A stretch of 61,483 bases of DNA, filler included, from Globobulimina sp. (lineage: Eukaryota), in NCBI GenBank assembly GCA_003354225.1. It is 19 parts of 19 records of this genome, joined end to end, with 100 filler letters (N's around TTAATTAATTAA, not from the genome) between each part and the next. Parts side by side here need not be neighbours in the genome. Positions count along the whole stretch, not along the records: positions 9,729 to 12,870 come from PIVH01003598.1; positions 12,971 to 16,112 come from PIVH01003599.1; positions 16,213 to 19,354 come from PIVH01003600.1; positions 19,455 to 22,596 come from PIVH01003601.1; 15 more parts are not named here. The stretch is one strand, 5' to 3'. The notes under the pieces are model-generated. The model was not told the DNA's origin. It saw nothing but the letters and a program-made list of their open reading frames with translations, and ran no database searches. Positions 9,729 to 19,968 of the stretch are shown here, piece after piece. The translations under genes were made by a program, and so were the position numbers. The stretch's first letter is position 1. Every line of letters begins with the position of its first letter.

Positions 9729-11657
9729 ATTGATATTGCCATCACGCAACAAGATTTATTGCAATATTTATCACAATGCGAGGCAGAGAATAAAGCATTA
9801 TGTAACGTAGATGTCATCACCATTGGCTTAAATAGCTCGCAATCCAACATAACATTTGATGGCTTTCAAGTGGGGAATGAATGTGACGATTTTGACGGTT
9901 CCGGGGTATTAGGCAAGAATGAATTGGATGTAAATATTGTGGGACAAAACGTGACCAATTTAGATAATAATGTGTCTATGACTTTTTATGATGCGGAATA
10001 TAACGCAGATGATGTACCAATTTGTGTTTGGTTAAAAGACGAAGCAAATAATATATGGAGTACGGATGGTTGTTTTACCTCATTTGATGAAGTCATGGGC
10101 AGTGTGACCTGTTATTGTAATCACTTAACAACATTTGCAACCATTCATGAATTACATCGACAAGACTCACAATGTATAAAATTCTCACAAGAATGGCATT
10201 TTACCTCGTTATTATTTATCATATTATTTTTAATTATTATCATTTATATTATTATACAAATACATCCGTTTTGTGTCCGTAAAAAGCGTAAACTTTTATG
10301 CAAAGAGAAATCCTTATTAGTATTTGTATTTATTCTCATATTGTCCATTGTGAATGTTGTAATCTGTATTTCATTTTATATTTTAGAGAATGCGACTGCC
10401 GACGCAAAGGATGGCATTGCATATTGGATCACCATCCTATTATCCATACCGTTATTCATTTATTTTGTAATATTTTCGTTAATTTTATATTCCTGGGCCA
10501 CAGTGGCGCATTCATTACAAGTGCAGGATGAGGAGACATTGCGATTTAGATTACGAATCGCGTTGTATTCATCATTGATCATTATATCATTAGGATTATT
10601 AACACAGTTAATATTGATACCACTCGGCTTTTGGGAGGATATGTATAAGTATGCATTATTAGTATGGTGTGGCTTATTAGCAGCCGCAGCATTGTTATAT
10701 TCCATTTATGGCTTTCTAATGACCCGATTATTAGTACGCACCGCGTTGAGTATGCGAAATGTGGTGAAAACCGGCGCCGGTTCAGATATGACATTAGCCA
10801 AAAAATTGTTAATTTCGGCTGTTTGTATCTGGCTATTTTTTGTGTTGGAATTAGTGATTAATTTTATTGTTGTTTTTGACATTACGTCGTTTTCTGAATC
10901 AATATGGATACGTTTGGCGGATTTATTACTTAATTTTGGCTGTTTGTTAATAATCTGTTATATGTATCATGCATCCATTAAACGATTAACACAAATGAAT
11001 AATTTGACCAATAAATGTTGTGGCAAAGCAAGAAAAACCGGTACTGGCACTGACGTAACAAAAACAAAGACAAAAAGGACCAATAATTCAACTATGCGAA
11101 AAGTACCGTCCACCTCTAGTTTGGTTCCAAAACATAAGAAACATAAAAAAAATGTATCCACAATGATATCGTTGCCAAGGCCCTCTTCCTCCATTCAGGA
11201 ACTTTCTAGTAATTCGCACTCAGGAACCAATAAATCGATTACTTCGTTTCGTAGTTCAAAGAAAATAAGAAAACAAAATAAAAGACAGATCTCGGCAGTT
11301 ACCATCACAGAAGTGACAGAATTGACAAATTTAAGAGGAGCTCAACGCGAAGAGAGACATATGATATTGGAATATAATCAAAATTCGTCGCAATTGCGAT
11401 TACCAGACGGTAATGATCCATCTGGGATTGGTTTATCTGCATTGGGTGTACCGAATACCTCATGGGATGCCAATGAAGATGACGATGACGATGATGAGTA
11501 TGAATATTATAAGGATGATACGCAAGTTACTATGAACAGTGGGTTGCCGCCGCCAAGCGAAGTAGTACAATCCGCATCTACTATATCATTGCCATCACCT
11601 CATGATTTTAGTGAAAATGGATTTGAAACACAACAAAACATTTTATACGCTGACTAA
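9729..11657 (+). CDS. 5'-partial GAIN/GPS-containing 7TM receptor-like protein (adhesion-GPCR-like)
   Basis: GPS motif CVWLKDE...WSTDGC...VTCYCNHLTTFA, about seven hydrophobic helices, long S/T/K-rich tail. Confidence 0.85.
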   Translation: MDIAITQQDLLQYLSQCEAENKALCNVDVITIGLNSSQSNITFDGFQVGNECDDFDGSGVLGKNELDVNIVGQNVTNLDNNVSMTFYDAEYNADDVPICVWLKDEANNIWSTDGCFTSFDEVMGSVTCYCNHLTTFATIHELHRQDSQCIKFSQEWHFTSLLFIILFLIIIIYIIIQIHPFCVRKKRKLLCKEKSLLVFVFILILSIVNVVICISFYILENATADAKDGIAYWITILLSIPLFIYFVIFSLILYSWATVAHSLQVQDEETLRFRLRIALYSSLIIISLGLLTQLILIPLGFWEDMYKYALLVWCGLLAAAALLYSIYGFLMTRLLVRTALSMRNVVKTGAGSDMTLAKKLLISAVCIWLFFVLELVINFIVVFDITSFSESIWIRLADLLLNFGCLLIICYMYHASIKRLTQMNNLTNKCCGKARKTGTGTDVTKTKTKRTNNSTMRKVPSTSSLVPKHKKHKKNVSTMISLPRPSSSIQELSSNSHSGTNKSITSFRSSKKIRKQNKRQISAVTITEVTELTNLRGAQREERHMILEYNQNSSQLRLPDGNDPSGIGLSALGVPNTSWDANEDDDDDDEYEYYKDDTQVTMNSGLPPPSEVVQSASTISLPSPHDFSENGFETQQNILYAD

Positions 11658-11905
11658 TATGGAATAATAACAATATTATAATATATTAACATGTTTTTTC
11701 TTTTCTTTTTTGTTGTTTGTAAATGTTAAGAAACACACGCATTTCTGTAATATATTGAGCTTATTTAGTATGATTTTTTATTTGTGTATTACAGTTTGTG
11801 TGTGTTATGTATAGAATATGATTGTTTAAGATTTAATAAATAGGTAGTTTACTAATTAACGTTTTTGGTTTTGATGTTCATTCGAAAACTCGCACCTCTC
11901 AAGCA

Positions 11906-12870
11906 ATGACAACCATCGACAAAGTCGCCATTTGTGGCATTCGCTCCTACGATCCAAACGGATTGGTTGTAATTAAATTCTTCAAACCATTGACCATAAT
12001 CCTTGGTAACAATGGTTGTGGTAAAACAACCATAATCGAAGCACTAAAATACGTCTGCACCGGAGATGTGCCACCATTATCGGAACGTGGTCGTACTTTT
12101 GTGCATGACCCAAACCATTGTGGAGTAAACGTGGTGAAGGCCCAAGTTAAGGTAGCATTTAAAACACGTGATGGTCGCCCCGTGATTGTCAATTCCAGCA
12201 TGCAATTAACGCAAAAACGGAGCAAAACAGAGTTTAAAACCATTGATGGTGTGATACGAATGTATGACGAGACCAGCAATGAACAAATTGCGTTGTCCCA
12301 TAAATGCGCCGATATGAAAAAAGTGGTCCCAGAACTAATGGGGGTATCCCGTGCCATCTTAGATAATGTGATTTTTTGTCACCAAGAAGACGCTGCGTGG
12401 CCTTTGTCCGAAGCTAAAAAATTAAAAGAAAAATTCGATCAAATATTTGCCACTTCCCGGTGGAGCAAAGCGTTGCTGAACATCACCCAATATCGAAAAA
12501 CACTGAGTTCCCGTTCCAAAGACTTAAAAACGGATTTAAAGCTCTTTGAAAACAACAAACAAGTGGCACATAAATTGCTTGCGGACTTACAGCAAACTAA
12601 GATCCGTATGGCTCAATACAAGGATCGCAGTAAGAAATATAGTCTAAAAATCCAGCAATATAAGGATCAGCTGACTCCATTACGTGAAGCACGCGGTAAA
12701 TTGGCGAGGTTTGATGGGGAGAGACGTGTGCTAGAAAATGATATCAATCATTTAAAAAAACAGCAACGCGATGCGCATCAACGTATGCATTGCGAGTACG
12801 AAGAGAGTGATGTTGAGTTGGAAGAGTTTTTGAAGAATCACGATGCGCAGATTTGTAGCAAAGAAAAGGA
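11906..12870 (+). CDS. RAD50: DNA repair protein RAD50, N-terminal part (3'-partial)
   Basis: GIRSY...PLTIILGNNGCGKTTIIEALKY, FVHDP, ILDNVIFCHQED..WPL, then coiled coil. Confidence 0.97.
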
Positions 12871-12970
12871 NNNNNNNNNNNNNNNNNNNNNNNNNNNNNN
12901 NNNNNNNNNNNNNNTTAATTAATTAANNNNNNNNNNNNNNNNNNNNNNNNNNNNNNNNNNNNNNNNNNNN

Positions 12971-13346
12971 AAAAAATGCAGCTAACGGCAAGCATCCGTA
13001 TTGACAAAATAAGCCTAATAATACTGTACATATTATATATTTGTATAAAAATGTGTTACCAGTCAAATGTTATCAGTCAAAACACGAACAAAGTAGAACG
13101 GTGTTCGATTTTTATTATTAATCTGGTGCTGTTTTGTTTTACGTTCGTCTTGCTCTGTTGTTCCATTTTTGTTTTGTTGTTCGTGTTTTGACAAATGATA
13201 CAGTGATAGTTTTGTGCCATAAAACACATACTTCCTTTAGGTCTTTTTATATAATAAAAGAATTTTTTTATATCAATAGTACAACTGAATCCAGCCATTA
13301 CTAGGAATATACCAATCACGACCACAAGGCCTAGCCAATTAGACAT
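12971..13346 (-). CDS. Bile acid:sodium symporter (BASS/SLC10) family, 3'-partial
   Basis: Splicing intron 13024-13231 gives MAGFSCTIDIKKF...KRPKGILLGLFCQYGCLPLAAFF, typical of the SLC10 N-terminus. Confidence 0.8.
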
Positions 13347-13412
13347 GATCCAAAACTAGATTTTGATGAAGAACAAAAAAACTCTTTGTGTGTAGTAAAG
13401 AAGCTGGTAATA

Positions 13413-13809
13413 ATGAATAGGATATTGCTTAGATCGTCCTTTAGATCATCACATGTTAATAATCCAATTGTGTTGTCACTGAACATACAAATTATAATAC
13501 TGCAATGATTAATAACAGAGATATTTTGCGTCTGCAGCATCTCCATCACGACCTCCACGAAGTACATTAAGAATACGGATAAATTCATTCATTACAGGAG
13601 TTGCAGTGAGTGGCGGCATTGGAGCATATTTGTTTTATTTTAATTTTAATGATACTGCAGACCAAATAAACGAAGGGATAAATGAATTGGGTGTCAAATT
13701 TAAACGAGATACAACAAAACTTTATAAAGAGGTAAATTCATTGCAAGATAGAATTGTAAGTTTAGAGAAGCAATTGAATGAAACAATTGATACAGTAACA
13801 GATGAGTAA
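13413..13809 (+). CDS. Small putative mitochondrial single-TM coiled-coil protein
   Basis: Intron 13455-13518 joins an R/S-rich presequence-like MNRILLRSSFRSSH-RYFASAA to a TM segment (FITGVAVSGGIGAYLFYF) and a coiled coil. Confidence 0.65.
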
Positions 13810-13962
13810 AATAAGTGTTATATGATTTATATCCTTGCACAGCACAGAGAGATCTCCTTGCACAATACATGAAAAAATAACTAGTCACAAACAAAAACAA
13901 CAGTAAAAGTGCAAGGATAACATCGATCATATATTAATATACACAATATGATTAATAGCGAA

Positions 13963-14732
13963 TCAATCACTTCCATCATCATCCAAATCATATTCGAGAT
14001 CCATTGATTGTGTATTTAGATCAAGATCTAGAACATTTTTAGGGTTTGGTCGCATTGATTTATTGTTGTACTTGTTATATTTATTAGTATCCGCAGAATG
14101 GCCAGATACATTTGGTACGGTTATATCCGCTGTATTTGGCGAAGCATGATATGATAAATCATCATCATCTGAATCTGTAGAGATCATTACATTTTGTTTA
14201 TTTGCATTTATATTAATTGTGTGTGTGCTATCATTATGCAATGAATTTGTCCCATCCGTTGAAGTAATAATTATTTTCTGTTTAATCTTCGATACATTTA
14301 CATTTTCATCGTCTGTTTCTATGTCCAATACATCGTTGCTGTGTTTCTTTTTATTTATTTTATTTTTCTCATCTTTATTGTTATTGTCATTGATATTATT
14401 TGTATCTGGTAATTCGGATTGAGGCACTTCGTCAATATCTAAGTTTGCAATATCTTTCTTCAATGATTGTCTTCGTTTGTTTTTGTACAACCTTACTCCG
14501 ATGAGGCATGCAAGCAATACAATAATTACAATTACTCCTGAAATTATACCAATTACAATCACTTTCGTAGTATCCGATTTTTTTTCGTCTGTTCATTCAA
14601 TTTCAGCCAAAACAAATATAAACAAATATTGTTATATTGTTGCTTACCTTTATTTGGTGATGATGTGCTTTGAGATAATACAGTCTCCAATATATAAGCT
14701 ATAAATACTGGCAACATACAGAGCGGGGACAT
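13963..14732 (-). CDS. Type I single-pass membrane protein with a tiny ectodomain and an acidic cytoplasmic tail
   Basis: Signal-like exon 14648-14732, intron 14589-14647, TM VIVIGIISGVIVIIVLLACLIGV followed by basic residues. Confidence 0.6.
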
Positions 14733-14787
14733 GGTTCAAATGCAGGACCTGAAGTCCTGGGCATGAACAAAAAGTCAAAAAAGAGTT

Positions 14788-15990
14788 ATGACCATCCTGT
14801 TCAAATCACGTAGATTTGTGCCGTTAACGTTGGTAATTATTTTATACTATCTGATTTGCATAGAATGTCACTTGGTACATGATCACAAAAATGATCACGA
14901 ACATGACCATAACCATATCGATATGAGTCATGATATGGCTGATCATTCCCATGATGGAGATCATGAACCACTTGGACCACCACAACAAACTGAGAATACT
15001 ATAAATGATAACGATCATTGTGATGAAACATCGTCGTCATCATCATCATGGACAGAATTATTTATTCCGCCCTCAAAACGTGAATCATTTTGGAATGCAA
15101 TTTTATCAACAATTTTTATTGGATGTGCTCCTATTTTATGCATTAAATTTGTGTCAACAAAGGATTATTATTTAAAAATGTTATTAGCATTTGCTTCTGG
15201 AGGACTAATGGGCGATGTTTTTTTACATTTATTGCCAACTGCATTAACAATATATGAGTCATACGATGCTCATCATCAACACTATGGGTACTGCTATCTT
15301 TTAACACTTTTACTTATATATTATATATATATTTATTTGTATTGTATTCACTGAAAAAGGGATCATTCACATTCACATTCACACAATGCTGGATACTCAT
15401 TATTAGGCATCCATATTTTGATTGGATTTGGTATATTTTTTATTTTAGAGAAAATATTTCATGAAACTGGTAGTGCTCATTGTGAGCATGAGCATGGCCA
15501 TGATCATGAAGCAAGGAAACATGCAATAACAGTTTTAAGTATTTGTGCCGATGCATCGCATAATTTCACTGACGGACTGACCATCGCAGCATCGTTTCTC
15601 TTGTCATTTAAAATGGGAATAATTCAAACAATATCCATTTTATTACACGAAATACCGCATGAAATTGGTGATTATGCCATATTGATAGAAAATGGAGTTT
15701 CAAAACAAATGGCAATGTCGATACAATTTTTAACTGCCATTGGATGTTTAATGGGAACAATTTGTGGATTTATATTAGAAAATACTGAAATTGGCACAAA
15801 ATGGATTATGCCATTTACTGCTGGAGGATTTTTATATATTTCATGTGTTCAAGTTTTGCCGACTTTGGTTGAAAAAAAATATGGTATTTTACAGAGTACT
15901 TTGCATATTTTATTCTTTATCATTGGTATTGCATTAATGATTTTTGTTGGTTATGTTGAGGAAAATGCGGAGCGTCTCTTTGATTTTTAA
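14788..15990 (+). CDS. ZIP zinc transporter, SLC39A7/KE4-like
   Basis: His-rich N-terminus, LAFASGGLMGDVFLHLLP, intron 15288-15359, HNFTDG and LHEIPHEIGD motifs. Confidence 0.92.
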
Positions 15991-16212
15991 TAGTTAATAA
16001 TAAAAAAAACATACAACACTTTTCACAGCAAATCCTTTCCATTAACGTTTAAGCAAACTATTTACTCACAATATTGCACCCAAGCAGAAATTTATAGAAA
16101 CTTTGCTTTGGGNNNNNNNNNNNNNNNNNNNNNNNNNNNNNNNNNNNNNNNNNNNNTTAATTAATTAANNNNNNNNNNNNNNNNNNNNNNNNNNNNNNNN
16201 NNNNNNNNNNNN

Positions 16213-16691
16213 GCGGCGACAACACCACCAATATATTGATCATTGATCGTAGCTCCTGTTTGTGGTAATAATTGTTGTTGTTTTTGTGTTGATAATATGG
16301 GATTCAATGCTAGGTTATCTTGTTTAATATCATCCATCTCTCCATCTGTACAAATATTCACATATCAAGATAATTTTAATAAAATAATTAAAAGTATAAT
16401 TTATGACCTTCTTGCTGAATATATATGTATTTAATTTCTGAAACATCAATAATAGTTTCTTGTTTTCTTGAAATTGGCATTGAATAATCTTGTAAAAACT
16501 TAAATCTATCATTACCTAATAATTCAAGTTGTTCTTCATCAAATTGCGAGTGTATACATTTTCTGATATTAGACAGTAATGTTCGTGACTCATCATTTCC
16601 TTTAATTAAAACGTAAACCAGTAATGGTATTTAATGAACTTTCCAAAAATATATTTACAAAAGTTGTTTTGTTTCCATCTTCTTGTGACAT
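16213..16691 (-). CDS. 3'-partial hypothetical protein with an apparent +1 frameshift near the N-terminus
   Basis: ATG frame stops after 29 codons; the +1 frame continues VLIKGNDESRTLLSNIRKCI...RKQE, then intron 16346-16407 leads into DGEMDDIKQ. Confidence 0.45.
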
Positions 16692-16809
16692 GATGAAATC
16701 AAGTGTTTCGGTAAAATTATTTTTCTTAATTTACATTGCTACAAATAAACCCACACTAAAACATAGAAAGCTGTCATAAGGAAACCGAAAAAGAAAGAAA
16801 TATAAATCA

Positions 16810-17793
16810 TTATTGCGTGCACGTGATTGTTCCATATTTGGTTTTGAAAATCAATTCGTTATATTCATTCATCATTTGATTAAGTAAATCAATCAATAAT
16901 TTGTCTTCTTGTTCGTCAATTAATTTTCTTAAACCATTGGTAAATCTAAAAAAAGTTTCATCATCGTATATTTCGTAAAGTAAATCAGCAATGGTTCGCT
17001 TTACTTTTTGCTTTTGATGAATTTGTTCCATCTCTCGGTATATCACTCGACTGTTACGATGCGTATGGGATTGATATTGTATTCGATTAAATAGAAAATG
17101 TTTGGAATAAAAAACAATCATATATCTAATACCTAATATACCCCCACCATTTGATATAATTTGTAATAGCATTGCTCTCAATTCTGAACTTCTTGCAATT
17201 CCGCCATAACGACACTTATACATAAAATGCAACAAAAACAATGAAGAAAACACCGATTTGTTTTTAATTTTGCTCTGAACATCAACGTTTTTGAACAATT
17301 GTTTACAATCATGATTGACCCACGCATCACAGCCAGATAATTCCCATTTATCCAAATAATTTACGTTATTATTACTTAGCATTAATGGTTCATTTGACCA
17401 ACATTCTGTACATTCGTTTTTAATTAGATCTCGCATGATATGTTTTGCCTTTTGTGGTGCAAAATTACTGCAAAAATGTTTGCAAGTTTGTAATATATTA
17501 AAACAATAATCTTCTATGCTTACAAATAAAATTACGTATTTCATAATATCTGATGGCAAACTCAGTAATAGTGGCGCTCTGTTGCTATGGTTTGATTTCA
17601 ATGTTCTAAGTACAGTTTGCAATACATTTATTTCCTTTGCATCGGATAGAAATGCTTTCATATAATTTTTTATTAATAATACATCTTTGCCATTGCTCCG
17701 TGATATTGCTTTACGTTTTGTTGTGCTTTGGTCGAGTATCCATTGAGGATTAATGGAATTACTATTAACAGATGTTTCATAATCAAATGTCAT
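16810..17793 (-). CDS. Hypothetical protein with an F-box-like motif
   Basis: LLSLPSDIMKYVILFVSIEDYCFNILQTCKHF within a 327-aa ORF. Confidence 0.55.
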   Translation of the reverse strand: MTFDYETSVNSNSINPQWILDQSTTKRKAISRSNGKDVLLIKNYMKAFLSDAKEINVLQTVLRTLKSNHSNRAPLLLSLPSDIMKYVILFVSIEDYCFNILQTCKHFCSNFAPQKAKHIMRDLIKNECTECWSNEPLMLSNNNVNYLDKWELSGCDAWVNHDCKQLFKNVDVQSKIKNKSVFSSLFLLHFMYKCRYGGIARSSELRAMLLQIISNGGGILGIRYMIVFYSKHFLFNRIQYQSHTHRNSRVIYREMEQIHQKQKVKRTIADLLYEIYDDETFFRFTNGLRKLIDEQEDKLLIDLLNQMMNEYNELIFKTKYGTITCTQ

Positions 17794-18213
17794 TTCAGAT
17801 ATCGATCTTATTGAATCAATTGTGCTGCAACTCGTGATGTTTCTGTATATTTGGAGTAGGTTTGTCGTTGTACCTAAATATCAATTATGTACAACAATGA
17901 AAGGAAAACAAACACTCGCCTAAGCCAATCAATTTTATCATTACTCATTAACCAGTAATGACAAACTGTTGTTCTGGTGACAGTAGCTGCAGTATAGTAG
18001 TTTTTTCGTTAAATAATGTCAATTTTGTCATTTTTGTGCAAGGACAACTTTGTATTATTTTGCTATGAAGGTTCGATCATTTAATTCTTTTTTATTTATT
18101 CCGAGACGAAAATTTGGTTAACATGATACAATGAAAAATATGCAGTTTAATATGCAATGATATTTCACAACACAGAAAATTGAATTATGTCACGCTTGGT
18201 AGAAGTTTGGACT

Positions 18214-18675
18214 TCATGCATTTTGTTCTTGCTGTTTTTTGATTTTTTTATAGTTTTGCATTAAATCTCTTCGAATCTTAACAATGGACTGCGTAAATCT
18301 TCGAATTTCAAAATTAAAATTGCCCAATTGTTGAGCATCTATGTCCTCCGATAAAGTTTGGGCTATTCCCATTCCAATTGCTCGATGTTCATCATCTTGC
18401 GGTAATCCATTTAATTTTACTTTAAAATCTTTTAATTGTTTGATTTTTTTCTTTTTCATGTTTTTTAATTTATTTGGTTTATTTCCTGCTTTCTCCAAAC
18501 GAATAATTTGGTCAACAATTGGCATTACTGCATCCAATGATTTTTTTATTTGGTCCCATTGTTCACGAATTGCTAATATTTCATCCGCCGTCAATGTTTT
18601 GCCATCATCAACCTTGTTTTCTTCATCATTGTTAGCATCGTTTGGCGCTTGCTCTACGTTTGGATCTTGTGCCAT
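18214..18675 (-). CDS. Hypothetical helical protein
   Basis: 153-aa ORF from ATG 18675 with coding-like composition; no family recognised. Confidence 0.6.
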   Translation of the reverse strand: MAQDPNVEQAPNDANNDEENKVDDGKTLTADEILAIREQWDQIKKSLDAVMPIVDQIIRLEKAGNKPNKLKNMKKKKIKQLKDFKVKLNGLPQDDEHRAIGMGIAQTLSEDIDAQQLGNFNFEIRRFTQSIVKIRRDLMQNYKKIKKQQEQNA

Positions 18676-18792
18676 ATTCGTCACACTTTCAACGAATTAT
18701 TTAAAGGGTTTGGTTATAGACTGAGCACAAAATGGAAAACGTATATACACTCATTCAAAACGAAAAGTAGATTTGTATCGATGTATGAACTT

Positions 18793-19354
18793 CTATAGCT
18801 TTGATTTGATAGATTTTGCCTTTCTCTTTTTTAATATATTATTGCCCATTATAGTGATCATTTGGTACAACAACCCAGTCGCAGCCAAACTTGTTATCTG
18901 CGAATTAGGTGTGTCATAAGCGGGCGATACTTCCACTACATCACATGACAAAATATTTAAATTCCTTATTCCATTCAATATTGCTAACAATTGATGCGTA
19001 AATAAGCCTGCAATTTCTTCAAACAAATAATGTTATATTGCAGCAAAAATTAGACAATTTCAAACATCGTAAACATACCAGGTGTGCCAGTCCCCGGTGC
19101 TTGACAAACATCAATGACATCGATATCAATGGAAACATAAACTTGTGTCTCATATCCAACTCTTTCCAATATTTTCCGCACAGTCCATTCAACGCCTCTT
19201 TCATGCACATCATTGCATAAAATACACTCAAATCCCATTGATTCTGATTCACTAAAATCAGATTTATCCCATATACTATTCCGAATGCCAATATGTATGG
19301 AGTGAGCAGTATCAATTAAGTTATCTTCAAAACATTTCCTAAATGGACTGCCAT
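18793..19354 (-). CDS. Agmatinase/ureohydrolase family, 5'-partial
   Basis: GSPFR, HIGIR, VYVSIDIDVID...APGTGTP-EIAGL (intron 19017-19078), DVVEVSPAYD. Confidence 0.93.
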
Positions 19355-19688
19355 NNNNNNNNNNNNNNNNNNNNNNNNNNNNNNNNNNNNNNNNNNNNTT
19401 AATTAATTAANNNNNNNNNNNNNNNNNNNNNNNNNNNNNNNNNNNNNNNNNNNNTCTCTTTGTTGATATAATTTTGTTGTAATTAAAAACAACGGAAATA
19501 GAATTATTGACAAATACCATACCATTTGAATCGGTCAATAAATCTACATCTGAGAAACAACAAACATCCAATTATGGCGCAGTATTAATAAAAACTTGAT
19601 TCTTTTTTTGTGTAAATTTGTGTTTAGAATAAGACTGTTTGAAACACATTGTTTTTAAAATCCGCAAATTCGCAAAGTCGTTTTGTTA

Positions 19689-19788
19689 GGAGATGGTGAT
19701 GACCTCTGCACATGGGTACATTTCATCTCAGGATAATGCAGAGTGAACGAAAACACATTTGATGAAATGAACCTTTGCCCGGCTCTCC
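19689..19788. ncRNA. Candidate structured RNA (pseudoknot inside a closing stem), family unknown
   Basis: Interleaved pairings 19704-19710/19737-19743 (7/7) and 19715-19727/19761-19773 (12/13), enclosed by GGAGA/TCTCC, in intergenic DNA. Confidence 0.3.
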
Positions 19789-19863
19789 ATAGGTTTTAAA
19801 ATTTTTCTTCTAAAACGCGGTGTTTCAAACAATTTCAATTCAGTTATGAAGTTTTGTTTTCCC

Positions 19864-19953
19864 CTAATTATAAAGTTTTTTCTCTAATTATAAAGTTTTT
19901 TCTCTATAAAGTTTTTTCTCTAATTATAAAGTTTTTTCTCTAATTATAAAGTT
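19864..19953. repeat. Tandem repeat of a 20-bp unit CTAATTATAAAGTTTTTTCT (about 4.5 copies)
   Basis: Three full units, one unit with a 4-nt deletion and one partial unit, ending 15 bp before the ATG at 19969. Confidence 0.92.
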
Positions 19954-19968
19954 AGTAACGCAGTGATC

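Noticed and set aside
16647-16660. A 20-nt GT-AG mini-intron near the frameshift in 16213-16691
   Set aside because: Removing it leads to the third frame, which stops shortly after; it does not restore the downstream frame.
19689-19800. TPP riboswitch, hammerhead, U3 snoRNA or SECIS identity for the structured segment
   Set aside because: Only fragments match. CTGAGA..TACCC and GGATAATGC are on opposite strands, there is no CTGATGA core, no box A or terminal box D, and no apical AA at the SECIS spacing.
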